Shown: in pieces, positions 45,591 through 55,654 of the stretch
Position numbering within the stretch: position 1 is the first letter of the stretch
Layout of the letters: every line of letters begins with the position of its first letter
Source: Candidatus Multivoradales bacterium
Lineage (GTDB): Bacteria > Acidobacteriota > Thermoanaerobaculia > Multivoradales > JAHEKO01
NCBI GenBank assembly: GCA_965223855.1
Contig: CBDCXM010000009.1
Coordinates: 864,001 to 928,000, forward strand
Direction: 5' to 3'
DNA: 64,000 nt
Notes under the pieces: generated by a model
Told to the model about the DNA's origin: nothing
The model's database searches: none
What the model saw: only the letters and a program-made list of their open reading frames with translations
Made by a program: the position numbers and the translations under genes

Positions 45591-47616
45591 GCGCGCGGCC
45601 GAGCGCCCGGCCGAGCACCCAGCCGATCAGCCCTCCAGCGGCCGAGCTGTGGGCGCGCCTCGCCGCGTTCGTGCTGCCGCTCTTCGTCCTCGTCGAGGTC
45701 AACTACCCGATGCTGCGTCCCGAGACGCAGCTCGCGCTCTTCGCCGGCCTCGGTGTGGTGCTGGTGTTCGGTCGTCCCCGCCGGCAGCCGAAGGCATGGA
45801 CGATCTGGCTCGATCGGCTGCTGGCTCTCGGGGCGGCCGCCGTCTTCGGCTACGTCCTCGTCCAGAGCGAGCCGGCGTTCTCGGGATGGTGGCTTGGAGG
45901 CCGCTCGCTCGGTGAGCGCGCCGGGATCGAGCAGCCGCTCGACTTCGCGGTCGCGATCGTCGGCCTCCTGCTGGTGTTCGAGGGGGCACGTCGCACCGTC
46001 GGCTGGGCGCTGCCGCTGCTGGCGCTCGGTTTCCTCGCCTACGGCTTCTGGGGGGCGTCGCTCCCCGACTGGCTGTTGCCCCATCGGGGGTACGGGGTGG
46101 AGAGGCTGGTCGCGCAGACCTTCCTCCACAGCCAGGGGGTGTTCGGCATCGCGCTGCGGGTGATGTTCACCTACGTCTTCCTGTTCGTGCTGTTCGGCGC
46201 GCTGCTCGAGGCGACGGGGACGACGAAGGCGGTGGTGGCGCTCACCCGCCGGGTGTTCCGCGGCAGCGTCGGCGCGCCCGCCAAGGTGGCGGTCGTGTCG
46301 AGCGGCCTGCTCGGTTCGTTGTCGGGAAGCGCAGTGGCCAACACCGCGACTACCGGCACCTTCACCATCCCGATGATGCGCGGCGCGGGGTTCCGGCGCT
46401 CGATCGCCGGCGGCATCGAGGCGGCGGCGAGCTCGGGGGGAGCGCTGGTGCCGCCGGTGATGGGGGCGGGCGCCTACATGATGCTCGAGCTCGTCGAGCC
46501 GGCGGTGACCTATCTCGAGATCGTCCGGGCCGCGCTCCTGCCGGCGCTCCTCTACTACCTCTCCCTGTTGCTGCTGGTGCATCTTCAGGGGTTGCGCGAC
46601 GGTCTCGGCGCGTTCGGTGGCGAGGAGGCGTCGGCGTCGGGAGAGGAGAGCCCCACGGAGACGAACGGCGACGACGGCGAGTGAGGAACTCCGGGGGCGG
46701 CTCACGACTGCTGAGTGCGGAGATCGGCGTCTTCGTCGTCGGTCTCGGCCTCCTGCTGGTGCTGCTGCTCATGGGCTTCAGCGTCTTCCGGGCGGTGACG
46801 GGTGCGCTCGCGATCGCGCTGGTGGCGAGCGCACTTCATCCCCGCACCCGACTCTCGCCCGGCAAGCTGGCCTCGGTCTGCCGCCGTGCCGCGACCGCGA
46901 CCACGCCGCTCATCGCCGCCGCCTCCTGTGTCGGCGTCGTCATCGGCGTCGTCACCCTGACCGGCATCGGCACCCGGCTGCCGGCACTCATCCTGTCGCT
47001 GGCCGAAGGGCAGCTGCTCGCCGCGCTGGTGCTGATCATGGTCTCGTCGATCGTCCTCGGTATGGGGCTGCCGTCGGCGGTCTGCTACCTGCTGATGGCG
47101 ACTCTGGTCGGGCCGGCGCTCTCCGGCCTCGGGATCGTGCCGCTGGCGGCGCATCTCTTCATCTTCTACTTCGGCATGATGTCGATGGTCACGCCGCCGG
47201 TGGCGCTCGCCGCCTACACCGCGAGCTCGATCGCCGACTCGAAGCTGATGCCGACGAGTTTCGCGGCGCTGCGCTTCGCGCTCGTCGGCTTCGTGCTGCC
47301 GTTCCTGTTCGTCTTCCGGCCGGAGCTGCTGATGCTGGAGTCGGGAGGGGGGACGGCAGCGGCGACGGGCATCCTCGCCGCACTGGCGCTGGCGCTGGCC
47401 GGCGTGCTGCCGCTGGCGGGAGCCCTGGCGGGCTACTGGTGGGGGCGGATCGGCCTTCCGGTCCGGCTCGCGCTCGGGGCACTCGCCGCAGCGGTGCTCC
47501 TGCCGTCGGGCGCGGACGGCACTTCTTTCGGCTGGTGGAACGCCGTCGGCCTGGGTCTCCTGCTGGTTGCCGCTCTGTGGGGGTGGCTGCGGTCCCGTCG
47601 ACCCGCCGCGACCTGA
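45587..47616 (+). CDS. TRAP transporter 4TM/12TM fused permease, split at 46681-46684
   Basis: GVFG, PAKVAV, SGSAVAN, TGTFTIPMM, EAAASSGG, PPVMGAGAY in ORF 45587..46684. LGMGLP, HLFIFYFG, TPPVALAA in ORF 46681..47616. Confidence 0.85.
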
Positions 47617-48897
47617 TCAGGGGGCTTCGCCCTCGACCGCGGTGCCCGGTTCCTCAGCGGCCAGGTCCGCTGCGCCCGGTTCTTCCACGGCCTCCGCTCC
47701 GGCCTGCAGCGAGGCGGCGAGGCGGCGGCCCACCTCCCAGGTGGCGAAGGCGCCGCCGAAGAGCTCGCTGCCCGGCCCGTAGGCCATCAGCGGGACGTCC
47801 ACGGCGGTGTGGTCGCGCGTCGACCAGGATCCTCGAATCGCGTGCCAGCCCTGCCGCCCCTTGGTGAGGGAAAGCCCCCCGGTCTCGTGGTCGGAGGTGA
47901 AGACGAGGAGGGTGTTGCCGTCTCCGGCCGCGAAGTCGAGCAGTTGGGCCGCGACGGTCTCGATCGCCTCCAGTCCGCGCATCACGCGGGCGAAGTCGGA
48001 GCGATGCGAAGCCGAGTCGATCTCCTCGCTTTCGACCAGCAGCAGGAACGGGCGCTCTGCCGAGGCCATCCGGTCGAGCGCCACGGTCACGAGCTCGGGG
48101 AGGGTCGGCGTCGACTCCAGATCCTGAACCTGGTCTTCGTGGAACAGCCAGGCGATCGGCTCGCCCGCTCGGTTGGCTGCGGCGAGGTCCGCCGGGTCGA
48201 CCGCGACCACATAGCGCTTCGACAGAGTCGCCACGGTCGCCTCGACCTCCGGGACTTCCCCCTCGCCGACGTCCTCGAGCTCGCCGATCAGCACGTCGAG
48301 TGGTGCGGCTGCGAGCTGCTCGAGGATCTGCGCCGCCTCGTCCCGATCGGGCACGCGGGTCACGAAGGCGGCAGGGGTGGCGTCCCAGACGTAGGAGTCG
48401 GTGACGATGCCGGTGCGATAGCCGAGCGCGGTGGCGCGCTCGAAGAGCGTCGGGCGCTCCTCGCCCGAAGCCGCGAGCCCCACCGCACCCGGGTCGGCCG
48501 GCTCGCCGATCGACAGTGCCGTGGCGGCGGCGGCGGAGTCGGTAAAGGGGTAGCCGGCGGAGTGGGTGGCGTGCCATCCGGTCGCGGTGAAGCGGCGCCA
48601 CAGGTCGCGGCTCGGCGCCCCCTTCTCGATGCCGGCGGCGGCGAGATGGGCGAAGCCGAGGCCGTCGGCCACCATGACGATCACCGAGCGCGGGGCCAGG
48701 GCGGTGGTCGGGCCGAGGGCGGCGGGAGAAGCGGCGGCCCGGTCGAGCTCGGACTGTGCCATCGGCGGGGAGTGCGTGGACACACGAGTGAGACGAAAGC
48801 CGAGCATTCGGGAGAGGGCGAAGGCGACGAGCAGGAGTGCCACGGCGCCGATCAGGCCCGCGAGGAGAGGGCGGCCGGGAGATCTGCGGTGTGCCAT
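47617..48897 (-). CDS. phoA: Alkaline phosphatase
   Basis: VADGLG, TDSAAAATA (Ser nucleophile), ATPAAF, EIDSASH, SDHETGG, HTAVDVP. TATTCT lies 7 nt before ATG 48897. Confidence 0.85.
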   Translation of the reverse strand: MAHRRSPGRPLLAGLIGAVALLLVAFALSRMLGFRLTRVSTHSPPMAQSELDRAAASPAALGPTTALAPRSVIVMVADGLGFAHLAAAGIEKGAPSRDLWRRFTATGWHATHSAGYPFTDSAAAATALSIGEPADPGAVGLAASGEERPTLFERATALGYRTGIVTDSYVWDATPAAFVTRVPDRDEAAQILEQLAAAPLDVLIGELEDVGEGEVPEVEATVATLSKRYVVAVDPADLAAANRAGEPIAWLFHEDQVQDLESTPTLPELVTVALDRMASAERPFLLLVESEEIDSASHRSDFARVMRGLEAIETVAAQLLDFAAGDGNTLLVFTSDHETGGLSLTKGRQGWHAIRGSWSTRDHTAVDVPLMAYGPGSELFGGAFATWEVGRRLAASLQAGAEAVEEPGAADLAAEEPGTAVEGEAP

Positions 48898-49024
48898 GGC
48901 TGCGAGAATAGCTGTCCCACGCGGGCTTCGGGAGACGGCATGCTCACGAGCCGCGGAACCAACGGCCGACTTCCGGAGTCGGATACGCTGCGAGGCGACG
49001 ATGGGGGATCGCGAAGTGGTGACG

Positions 49025-49576
49025 ATGACGACAATCAGGCTCGGTGCTCGAGGCCTCCTCTTTGCCGCCCTCGTGAGCCTCGCGGCGCCGCTTGCGGCGC
49101 AGCGAGAGCCCGCGGAGCTTCCTCCCGAAGCCGCGCGACGGCTCGAGGCGATCGTCGGCAGTTGGGATTCCACCTGGCAGTGGCTCGGCCCAGACGGGGA
49201 GGTCGTGAGGACACTGGTCGGGACCGAGGAGGCGAGCTGGGCGATCGAAGGGAGGGTCGTCCTGCTGGCCACGGCGGTGCCGGAGGTCGGCAGCGAGAGC
49301 CGGTCGCTCATGTACTACAGCGAGATCGACGAGCGCTTCCACCTCGTGTCGGTGGATGCCCGCGGCGATCTGTGGCTGCTGTCGGGCGGGCTCGAGGCCT
49401 ACGTCATTACTTCGGAACCGAAGCCGCAGCCGGACGGCAGCGAGCTGACGATCCGCTTCACTCACGACGAAAGCGATCCCGACCGCTTCACCGCCGTGAT
49501 GGAGACGAGCAACGACGGAGGCCGGACCTGGCGCAAGGCCGTTCATCAGGAACTGGTTCGCAGGAAGGAAGGATGA
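49025..49576 (+). CDS. Secreted beta-barrel-like hypothetical protein (DUF1579-like)
   Basis: Signal peptide, IVGSW, SNDGGRTW. ATGA overlap with the next gene. Confidence 0.6.
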   Translation: MTTIRLGARGLLFAALVSLAAPLAAQREPAELPPEAARRLEAIVGSWDSTWQWLGPDGEVVRTLVGTEEASWAIEGRVVLLATAVPEVGSESRSLMYYSEIDERFHLVSVDARGDLWLLSGGLEAYVITSEPKPQPDGSELTIRFTHDESDPDRFTAVMETSNDGGRTWRKAVHQELVRRKEG

Positions 49577-50841
49577 GAGCGATGGGTAGACAGTCGGCGG
49601 CGTGGATGATTCTGGCCCTGGGGGGCGCGGTCGCCCTCCTCGGTGAGGGCAGCGGAGAGTGGCCTCAGTTCGGCGGCCCGGAGCGGACGTTCCAGGTTCC
49701 GACGGGCCCGGTGGCCGGGTGGGGCGAGGACGGGCCGCGCGAGCTGTGGCGACGTTCCCTCGGCGACGGCAACTCGACGATCGCGGCGGCCGGAGAGCGG
49801 CTCTACACGATGTACCGCAAGGACGATCGCGAGGTGATCGTCGCGCTCGATCGCTCGAACGGCGAGACGATCTGGGAGTACGGCTGGGACGCGGTGCCGT
49901 TGTGGGAGACGTTCTTCGATCAGTTCGGCCTCGGTCCCCACGTCACACCGCTCGTCGTCGGTGGGCGCCTCTACGCGGCCGGCTTTGCCGGTCGCCTGGT
50001 GTGCCTCGACGTCGCCTCGGGAGACGAGGTGTGGACACGCGAGCTGTGGCAGGACATCGATCTCGGGGCGAAGGAGTTCGGCCCGCGGCAGCTCGGCTAC
50101 TCGGGAAGCCCGCTGCTCCATGACGGTCGCCTGATCGTCGTCGGCGGTGAGATCGAGGCGGGCCTGCTGGCGCTCGACCCGACGACCGGCGAGACGGTGT
50201 GGTCGACCACGGGGGTCGAGCCGGCGTTCGCCTCGCCGATCGTCATCGAGTCGGGCGGTCGCGAGCAGATCATCTGGTTCGCCGCCGACGAGGTGGTGGG
50301 GGTCGATCCTGCGGACGGCTCCGTCCTGTGGCGCTGGGAGCACAAGACCGACTTCTACGTCAACGCGACGCCTCCGATCTGGGACGGCAAGGACACGCTC
50401 TTCCTCTCCTCGGCCTACGGCAGCGGCAGCCGCGCGCTGCGCCTGACGACGAGCGACGGCAAGGTGGAGGTCTCCGAGCTGTGGGCAGACAAGGGGGTGC
50501 AGGTTCACCACCAGTCGGCGGTGCTGATCGACGGGCTGGTCTACGCCTCGAGCGGCGATTTCGGTCCGGCGTTCCTCAAGACGGTGCGTCTCGCCGACGG
50601 CGAGGTGGTGTCTCAGGAGCGCGGCTTCGCAAAGGCGAATCTGATCGCGGCCGGGGATCGGCTGCTGATCCTCGACGAGGACGGGGTGCTGGCGGTGGCC
50701 CGTACCTCACCCGAGGGGCCGGTCGTCGAAGCGCGAGCCGACGTCATGAAGTCGCGCTCGTGGTCATCGCCGACGCTGGTCGGTTCGACGCTCTACGTGC
50801 GCGACCGCGAGGAGATCGTCGCTCTCGATCTGGGTGGATGA
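49573..50841 (+). CDS. Secreted PQQ-like beta-propeller protein
   Basis: WPQFGGPER, GPHVTP, YSGSP, FASP, SWSSPTL, LYVRD. Confidence 0.87.
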   Translation: MRAMGRQSAAWMILALGGAVALLGEGSGEWPQFGGPERTFQVPTGPVAGWGEDGPRELWRRSLGDGNSTIAAAGERLYTMYRKDDREVIVALDRSNGETIWEYGWDAVPLWETFFDQFGLGPHVTPLVVGGRLYAAGFAGRLVCLDVASGDEVWTRELWQDIDLGAKEFGPRQLGYSGSPLLHDGRLIVVGGEIEAGLLALDPTTGETVWSTTGVEPAFASPIVIESGGREQIIWFAADEVVGVDPADGSVLWRWEHKTDFYVNATPPIWDGKDTLFLSSAYGSGSRALRLTTSDGKVEVSELWADKGVQVHHQSAVLIDGLVYASSGDFGPAFLKTVRLADGEVVSQERGFAKANLIAAGDRLLILDEDGVLAVARTSPEGPVVEARADVMKSRSWSSPTLVGSTLYVRDREEIVALDLGG

Positions 50842-51460
50842 GCCGATGACGGCCACCGGAGAGCTCGAGGTGGTGGAGCTCACCGCTGAGGATGCGCCGC
50901 GTGTCGTCGAGGTGCACTGCGACGCCTTCTTCGACTACCCGACGATGCGCGACGTCCTCGGAGCGGGGGGCGAGTATCCGGAGCGGTTGCGAACCCTGAT
51001 CGCGCTTTTCATCGACGGCACGCTGCTGCGCGGCGGAGTGCTGCTGGGCGCCGTCAGCGGAGACGACCTGGTCGGTGCCGCCGATCTCGTGCCGTCCGAA
51101 GCCGACGCTACCGGCCTCGAGGAGCGCCGTCGCCGGGCGTGGGAGAGTCTCGGTGAAGGGGCGCGCCGTCGCTACGAGGACTATTCGAGGATCACCGCGC
51201 CGTTCGAGCCGTCGCGCCCACATCTCTATCTGAGCATGCTGGGTGTCCGTCGCGCCGCGACCGGGCGCGGCGTCGCCGGGCGGCTGCTCGAAGCGGCGCA
51301 CCGACGCTCCCTCGAGGACCCGCGCTCCGAAGGGGTGGCTCTGGAGACCGAGGATCCGGACAACGTTTCGTTCTACGAACACTTCGGTTACCGGCGGGTG
51401 GGCTACGGCAGGACGTCGAGCGGTCTCGAGTCCTGGGGGTTCTTCCGGCCCGACCCCTGA
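50834..51460 (+). CDS. GNAT family N-acetyltransferase
   Basis: HLYLSMLGV, GRGVAGRLL, LET, NVSFYEHFGY. Confidence 0.88.
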   Translation: MDEPMTATGELEVVELTAEDAPRVVEVHCDAFFDYPTMRDVLGAGGEYPERLRTLIALFIDGTLLRGGVLLGAVSGDDLVGAADLVPSEADATGLEERRRRAWESLGEGARRRYEDYSRITAPFEPSRPHLYLSMLGVRRAATGRGVAGRLLEAAHRRSLEDPRSEGVALETEDPDNVSFYEHFGYRRVGYGRTSSGLESWGFFRPDP

Positions 51461-51483
51461 GCGCCCCCGTGGATCGACAGGGC

Positions 51484-52809
51484 TCAGCCGACGGGATCGC
51501 CGGAAAGCCAGTCGCTGAGGAGCTCGAGGACCCGCGGGTCGCGGTAGGGCGCGCTGTGGCGCAGCGACGCGTCGTCACCGCCGTCGGGCGCCAGTAGCGA
51601 CACGCTCCACTCGCCGGGAGGGGTCGCCTCGATCGAGACGTCGAGAAAGAGATTGCCGAAGGCGATTCGAGGGCCGAACGGGACGATCAGGACCAGGGAG
51701 AGGAGAAGAGCGAGCGGGAAGGCGAGCGCGCTTCCCAGATAGACCAGGAGTGTCGAGACGATCGGGGTGGCCCGCAGGAGAAGGAACGCAACCCCGCCGA
51801 GTCCCACGGTCTTGCCGACGTCGACGGTCGTTCCGGCGTCGAGCCACCAGGCGAGCCCCCAGATCGGCAAGCCGATCGCCGCGGCCACTGCCGCGACAAC
51901 GGTGGCTCGCGACGCACCGCGCGAGCTGTGGCGCTCGGCTGCCGCCGTCTCCATCGCGCCGAGGCGAGCGAAGATCCGGGCGGTGAGCGCGGCGGCGAAC
52001 TGGCCGGCGAGAAGGCCGGCGGAAGCCTCGTCGCCGACCATCCGCACGATCCGCAGCTTGCCCTGGAGCCGGTCGGCGGCGAGGTCGAGGCGGGTGACGA
52101 GCCTGCCGAGTCGCTGGTGCCACCAGGCGAGCGATGCGAGGGCGGCACCGAAACCAACCATGGCGATCAGCGCCGTCCACCATGGGGCGTCGAGGTGATC
52201 GAGCACGCCGTAGGCGACGAGCAGCAGGGGCAGCGGTGCGAGGATCGCGAAGCGGGCCGGGCCACCGACCAGATCGCGGCGGGAGAGTTGCAGGAAGGGA
52301 GTGGCGAGGCAGGTCACGGTCGAGACCCGGTCGCGGAGTGGCGCGAGCGCTCCGGCAACCTCGCGCTGCTCGTCGTCGGCGAGTCCTTCCGAGCGTCTGC
52401 GTAGCGAGGCATAGCGCTCGTCGTTGAGCGCGTAGAGAGCAACGTTCCCGCCGTGCGAGTGAGCGATCAGATGGTGTTGCGCCGTCGGCCATCGATCGAG
52501 CTGCTCGGCGAGCACCGCCCGAAGCTCGTTGGCGGCACGGAGCCGTGCCTCGAGGGTGTTGCCGCCGGACCAGACGAGACGGCGCAGCGCGGTGCTCTGT
52601 GATCCCAGCTTCTCGACGACGGAGCGCGAGAGGGTGGACTCGGCAGCCGTCCACGCCGCGGATCGGGCGAAGGTCCCGTGAATCAGGACGACGACATGCT
52701 CGGGTCGTTCGCATTCGAGGAGCTCTTCGACCTTGCACGGACGCCGTTCGATCCACAGGCTCCACAGCACGAGCGCGACGACCGCCACGGCGGCGATGGC
52801 AGCGAACAT
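51484..52809 (-). CDS. Membrane-embedded lipase-like alpha/beta hydrolase
   Basis: ATG 52809 after GGAG (alternative GTG 52815). N-terminal TM, LIHGTFA, WSGGN...R..AA..L, IAHSHGGN, LATPF, GDEA, terminal HS..Y. Internal TM hairpins. Confidence 0.8.
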   Translation of the reverse strand: MFAAIAAVAVVALVLWSLWIERRPCKVEELLECERPEHVVVLIHGTFARSAAWTAAESTLSRSVVEKLGSQSTALRRLVWSGGNTLEARLRAANELRAVLAEQLDRWPTAQHHLIAHSHGGNVALYALNDERYASLRRRSEGLADDEQREVAGALAPLRDRVSTVTCLATPFLQLSRRDLVGGPARFAILAPLPLLLVAYGVLDHLDAPWWTALIAMVGFGAALASLAWWHQRLGRLVTRLDLAADRLQGKLRIVRMVGDEASAGLLAGQFAAALTARIFARLGAMETAAAERHSSRGASRATVVAAVAAAIGLPIWGLAWWLDAGTTVDVGKTVGLGGVAFLLLRATPIVSTLLVYLGSALAFPLALLLSLVLIVPFGPRIAFGNLFLDVSIEATPPGEWSVSLLAPDGGDDASLRHSAPYRDPRVLELLSDWLSGDPVG

Positions 52810-52829
52810 CGACACTCCGGTCTCGCGTT

Positions 52830-53777
52830 CTACTGTTTGTAGTTGCGCAGGAAGTACTCGAAGCCGCTCTGCACCCGGCCGAGCGCGTCGGTGGCGTCGT
52901 TGAGACTCGACTCGGTCTCGGCGGTGCTGGCGTCGAAGTTCCGCAGCGCTCCCTCGACCGCCTGAGTCGAGCCGTCGATCTCGTCCCGCAACCCGGCGAG
53001 CTTCTGCGCGACGGTCTGCGAGGCCTCGGCGCGCGCGGAGAGCGCCTGCTCGTGGAGCGTCTCCGCCTCGGTGCGGGTGTTGTCGAAGTTGGTCTGCGAA
53101 TTCTCGATCGCCGCCTCGAGAGTCTCGATCACCAGCTGCTCGATCTCGCCCGCCTTGGCGGCGAAGTCCTCGCTCGCCTCGGTCACGCGCCCCGAGGCTT
53201 CGCTCTCGAGGCTCGCGGCGACCTGATCGCCTTGCCCCTCGAGAGTCCCGGTCGCTTCGTCGAGCTCGGTGAGCAGGGTCTCGCCGTACTGCTCGCGGGC
53301 GCTGTCGAGCGCCTGGGTGGCGCCGGCCGCCAGGCCGCTGAACTGCTCCGCGAGTGCGGTCTGCACTGTCTCGATCTCGTCCAACTGGGCTCTCACCGCG
53401 GCCGCCGCTTCCTCGAGGGCGCTTCCCTCGTCGCCCAGCGCTGCGACTTCGGCCTCCGCCTGTCCTGCGACGGTCTGTTCCAGAGTCGACAGCGCGTTCG
53501 CCGCGTCGGACAGGGCGCCGAGCGCCTGCTCGAGCTCGGTCGCCAGCCGACTCTGCTCTCCGGCCAGCCAGGTGACGAGGCCGGTCGCCTCCTCTTCCAG
53601 CTTCGCCCAGCCGTCCTCGACCTGCGCGGTCGCCTCCTCCGAGGCGGTCTCGAGCGCGTCGAAGGTCGCGTCGATCTCGGTCGCCGCGCCCTCGATCTCC
53701 TCGAGTGCATTGACCAGCTCGCCGCTCGAGGCGGAGAGCTCATCGACGAGCTGGTCGGCCTGGTCCGCACCGGCCAT
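52830..53777 (-). CDS. Acidic helical/coiled-coil protein P4 (315 aa), unknown function
   Basis: ATG 53777 shares a base with the upstream TGA (TGATG). Ala/Glu-rich with periodic hydrophobics. No signal peptide or TM. Confidence 0.78.
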   Translation of the reverse strand: MAGADQADQLVDELSASSGELVNALEEIEGAATEIDATFDALETASEEATAQVEDGWAKLEEEATGLVTWLAGEQSRLATELEQALGALSDAANALSTLEQTVAGQAEAEVAALGDEGSALEEAAAAVRAQLDEIETVQTALAEQFSGLAAGATQALDSAREQYGETLLTELDEATGTLEGQGDQVAASLESEASGRVTEASEDFAAKAGEIEQLVIETLEAAIENSQTNFDNTRTEAETLHEQALSARAEASQTVAQKLAGLRDEIDGSTQAVEGALRNFDASTAETESSLNDATDALGRVQSGFEYFLRNYKQ

Positions 53778-54697
53778 CAGATGCCGAGCTCCCTGGCGAT
53801 GTGAACGACGGTGTCCGCGAGTTCCTTGCCGCCTTCCGAGAGGCTCTTGACACCCTCGAAGAGCGCATCGAGCTGGTCCGCGGCACCGGTGGAGTGGGAC
53901 TCGACTTCCTTGAGGCGGCCCTCGAGCTGCTGCACCCGCTCCGGTACCGAGGCGGCCTCCTGCGCCACCGGTTGCTCGATCTCGGAGGTCAGTCGCTCGT
54001 CGGCGGCGTCGCGCGCCTCGTCGGCCCATTCGCGCATCTGCTCGGCCAGTCCCACGAGCTCGCGGCCGTGCTCCGTGGCCGCGTTCGAGACCTGGGTGAG
54101 GGCCGACTGCGCCGCTTCAGAGATATGAGCCGTCGCTTCGGCCATCTGACCGGCGAGCGCCGCGGCGGCGGCGGTGACGACCCCGGTGGCCGCGTCGCCG
54201 CCGTCACCGTGGCTGCCGGCGCCGGCGGAGCAGTTCGAGCCGGCTTCGCCTGCCGCCGCTTCTCCTTCCTCGATCGCACTCGTCGCCTCTCCCGTCGCCG
54301 CTTCGACGCTTGCTGCCGAGGCGCCCACGGCCTGAGGCGCCGACTCGAGAACTCCGTCCAGGGATTCTCCCGTCGCCACGGTCTGGCGGTTGGCGGTGGA
54401 GAGAGTCTCGGCGTTTTCGGCAACCGATTCCTCGGCGCCGGCTGCGGCCGAGGCGACCGCTTCACCCTGCTGCTCGAGCGTGGTGGTGGCGGTGGCGCCG
54501 AACTCACCGAGCGCCGCGAGCGCCTGGTCGAGCTGGGCCGTGGTGCCGGGAACTTTGCCGGTGAGCTTCTGCACCGTCGCGAGGCGCTGGGCCAGCGTGC
54601 GCTGGAGTGCGGTGCCGCGACGGGTGAGCTCCTGCAGCTGTTGCGGGACGCTCTCGAGGAGCTCCTCCAACCGGTCGTGTCCACCGAACATCGCCAT
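53777..54697 (-). CDS. Acidic helical/coiled-coil protein P3 (306 aa), unknown function
   Basis: Starts 6 nt after the upstream TAG with a purine-rich RBS. Ala/Glu/Gln-rich helical sequence. Confidence 0.78.
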   Translation of the reverse strand: MAMFGGHDRLEELLESVPQQLQELTRRGTALQRTLAQRLATVQKLTGKVPGTTAQLDQALAALGEFGATATTTLEQQGEAVASAAAGAEESVAENAETLSTANRQTVATGESLDGVLESAPQAVGASAASVEAATGEATSAIEEGEAAAGEAGSNCSAGAGSHGDGGDAATGVVTAAAAALAGQMAEATAHISEAAQSALTQVSNAATEHGRELVGLAEQMREWADEARDAADERLTSEIEQPVAQEAASVPERVQQLEGRLKEVESHSTGAADQLDALFEGVKSLSEGGKELADTVVHIARELGI

Positions 54698-54703
54698 GAC
54701 CCT

Positions 54704-55654
54704 CTACTCCCCCACCGCGTCGATCCGCTGTTTGGCCTGATGGCCGCGGTCGATGTCGTCGGCCGAGCCCGAGAAGTCGGCCGTTCGGCTGCTCCACCCC
54801 TCTGCGGCGTCGAGCACCTTGCCGAGCCCGTCCTCCGCCGCGACCATCGCGTCGCCCTGCAGCCGCTCACACGGCTCTCGAAGTTGCGTGTCGGCCGTCT
54901 CGATCAGGCTCTGAACGACCCGGCCGGCCGCCGTGGTGATCCCCTCGAGCAACGACTGGCGGGCGGCGTCGGCCTCTCCACCCCAGGTCGAGTAGGTCTC
55001 ACCGAGAGCCGAGGAGAGCCCTTCCGCCTCGCTCTCGCACTCGCCCCCGACTCCCTCGAGTTCGCTGCCGGCGGACTGCCCGGCTTCGGCCAGCGCCTCC
55101 GCTCCGTCGGAGGCGAGCGTAGAGGCCGCTGAGTCGAGTGCGGCTGCCGCCGTCTCCAGGGCGCTCGCGACCTCCTGCCCGGTTGCCTCGCTGCGTGAGG
55201 AGGCGCCCGACAGCGCGGCGGAGAGTGAAGAGGCATGAGTCGCGTCGGCCGCCGCGGCGTCGGTCAGCGATGCCGTGACCTGCTCGAAACTCTGCCCGAG
55301 CCGGGTCGTGAGCTGCGCCAGCGCCTCGGTCTCGGTGCTGACGGTCGTCGCGGCGCCGTCGGCGGCCGCCTCGACTTTGCCGCTCCCCTCCGAGCAGCCG
55401 GCGTCCCCCTCCTGCGCCGCGGCGGTGGCGCCTTCGAGACTGCCGACCGTCTCGGGCAGCGCGGCATCGAGGGAACCGTCGAGCTCGGCGACGGCATCGG
55501 AGAAGGCGGTGAACCCTTCGAGCACCTGCTGCTGGGACTCTTCGGCCCAGGTGAGGAGGCTGTCGACCAGCGCGAGGCTCTTCTCGTTGCGGGCGCGCGC
55601 GCTGGCGAACATCCGGGTCAGCTTGGCCAGGCCGGAGGGGTTGACGTCGCTCAT
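54704..55654 (-). CDS. Acidic helical/coiled-coil protein P2 (316 aa), unknown function
   Basis: ATGA overlap with P1. Ala/Glu/Ser-rich helical sequence. Confidence 0.78.
   Translation of the reverse strand: MSDVNPSGLAKLTRMFASARARNEKSLALVDSLLTWAEESQQQVLEGFTAFSDAVAELDGSLDAALPETVGSLEGATAAAQEGDAGCSEGSGKVEAAADGAATTVSTETEALAQLTTRLGQSFEQVTASLTDAAAADATHASSLSAALSGASSRSEATGQEVASALETAAAALDSAASTLASDGAEALAEAGQSAGSELEGVGGECESEAEGLSSALGETYSTWGGEADAARQSLLEGITTAAGRVVQSLIETADTQLREPCERLQGDAMVAAEDGLGKVLDAAEGWSSRTADFSGSADDIDRGHQAKQRIDAVGE

Noticed and set aside
47809-49572. Long N-terminal extensions on the PQQ protein (also on GT4 30640, methyltransferase 32058 and kinase 62205 ORFs)
   Set aside because: They overlap other real genes. 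Better starts exist with RBS, stop/start overlaps or -10 elements.
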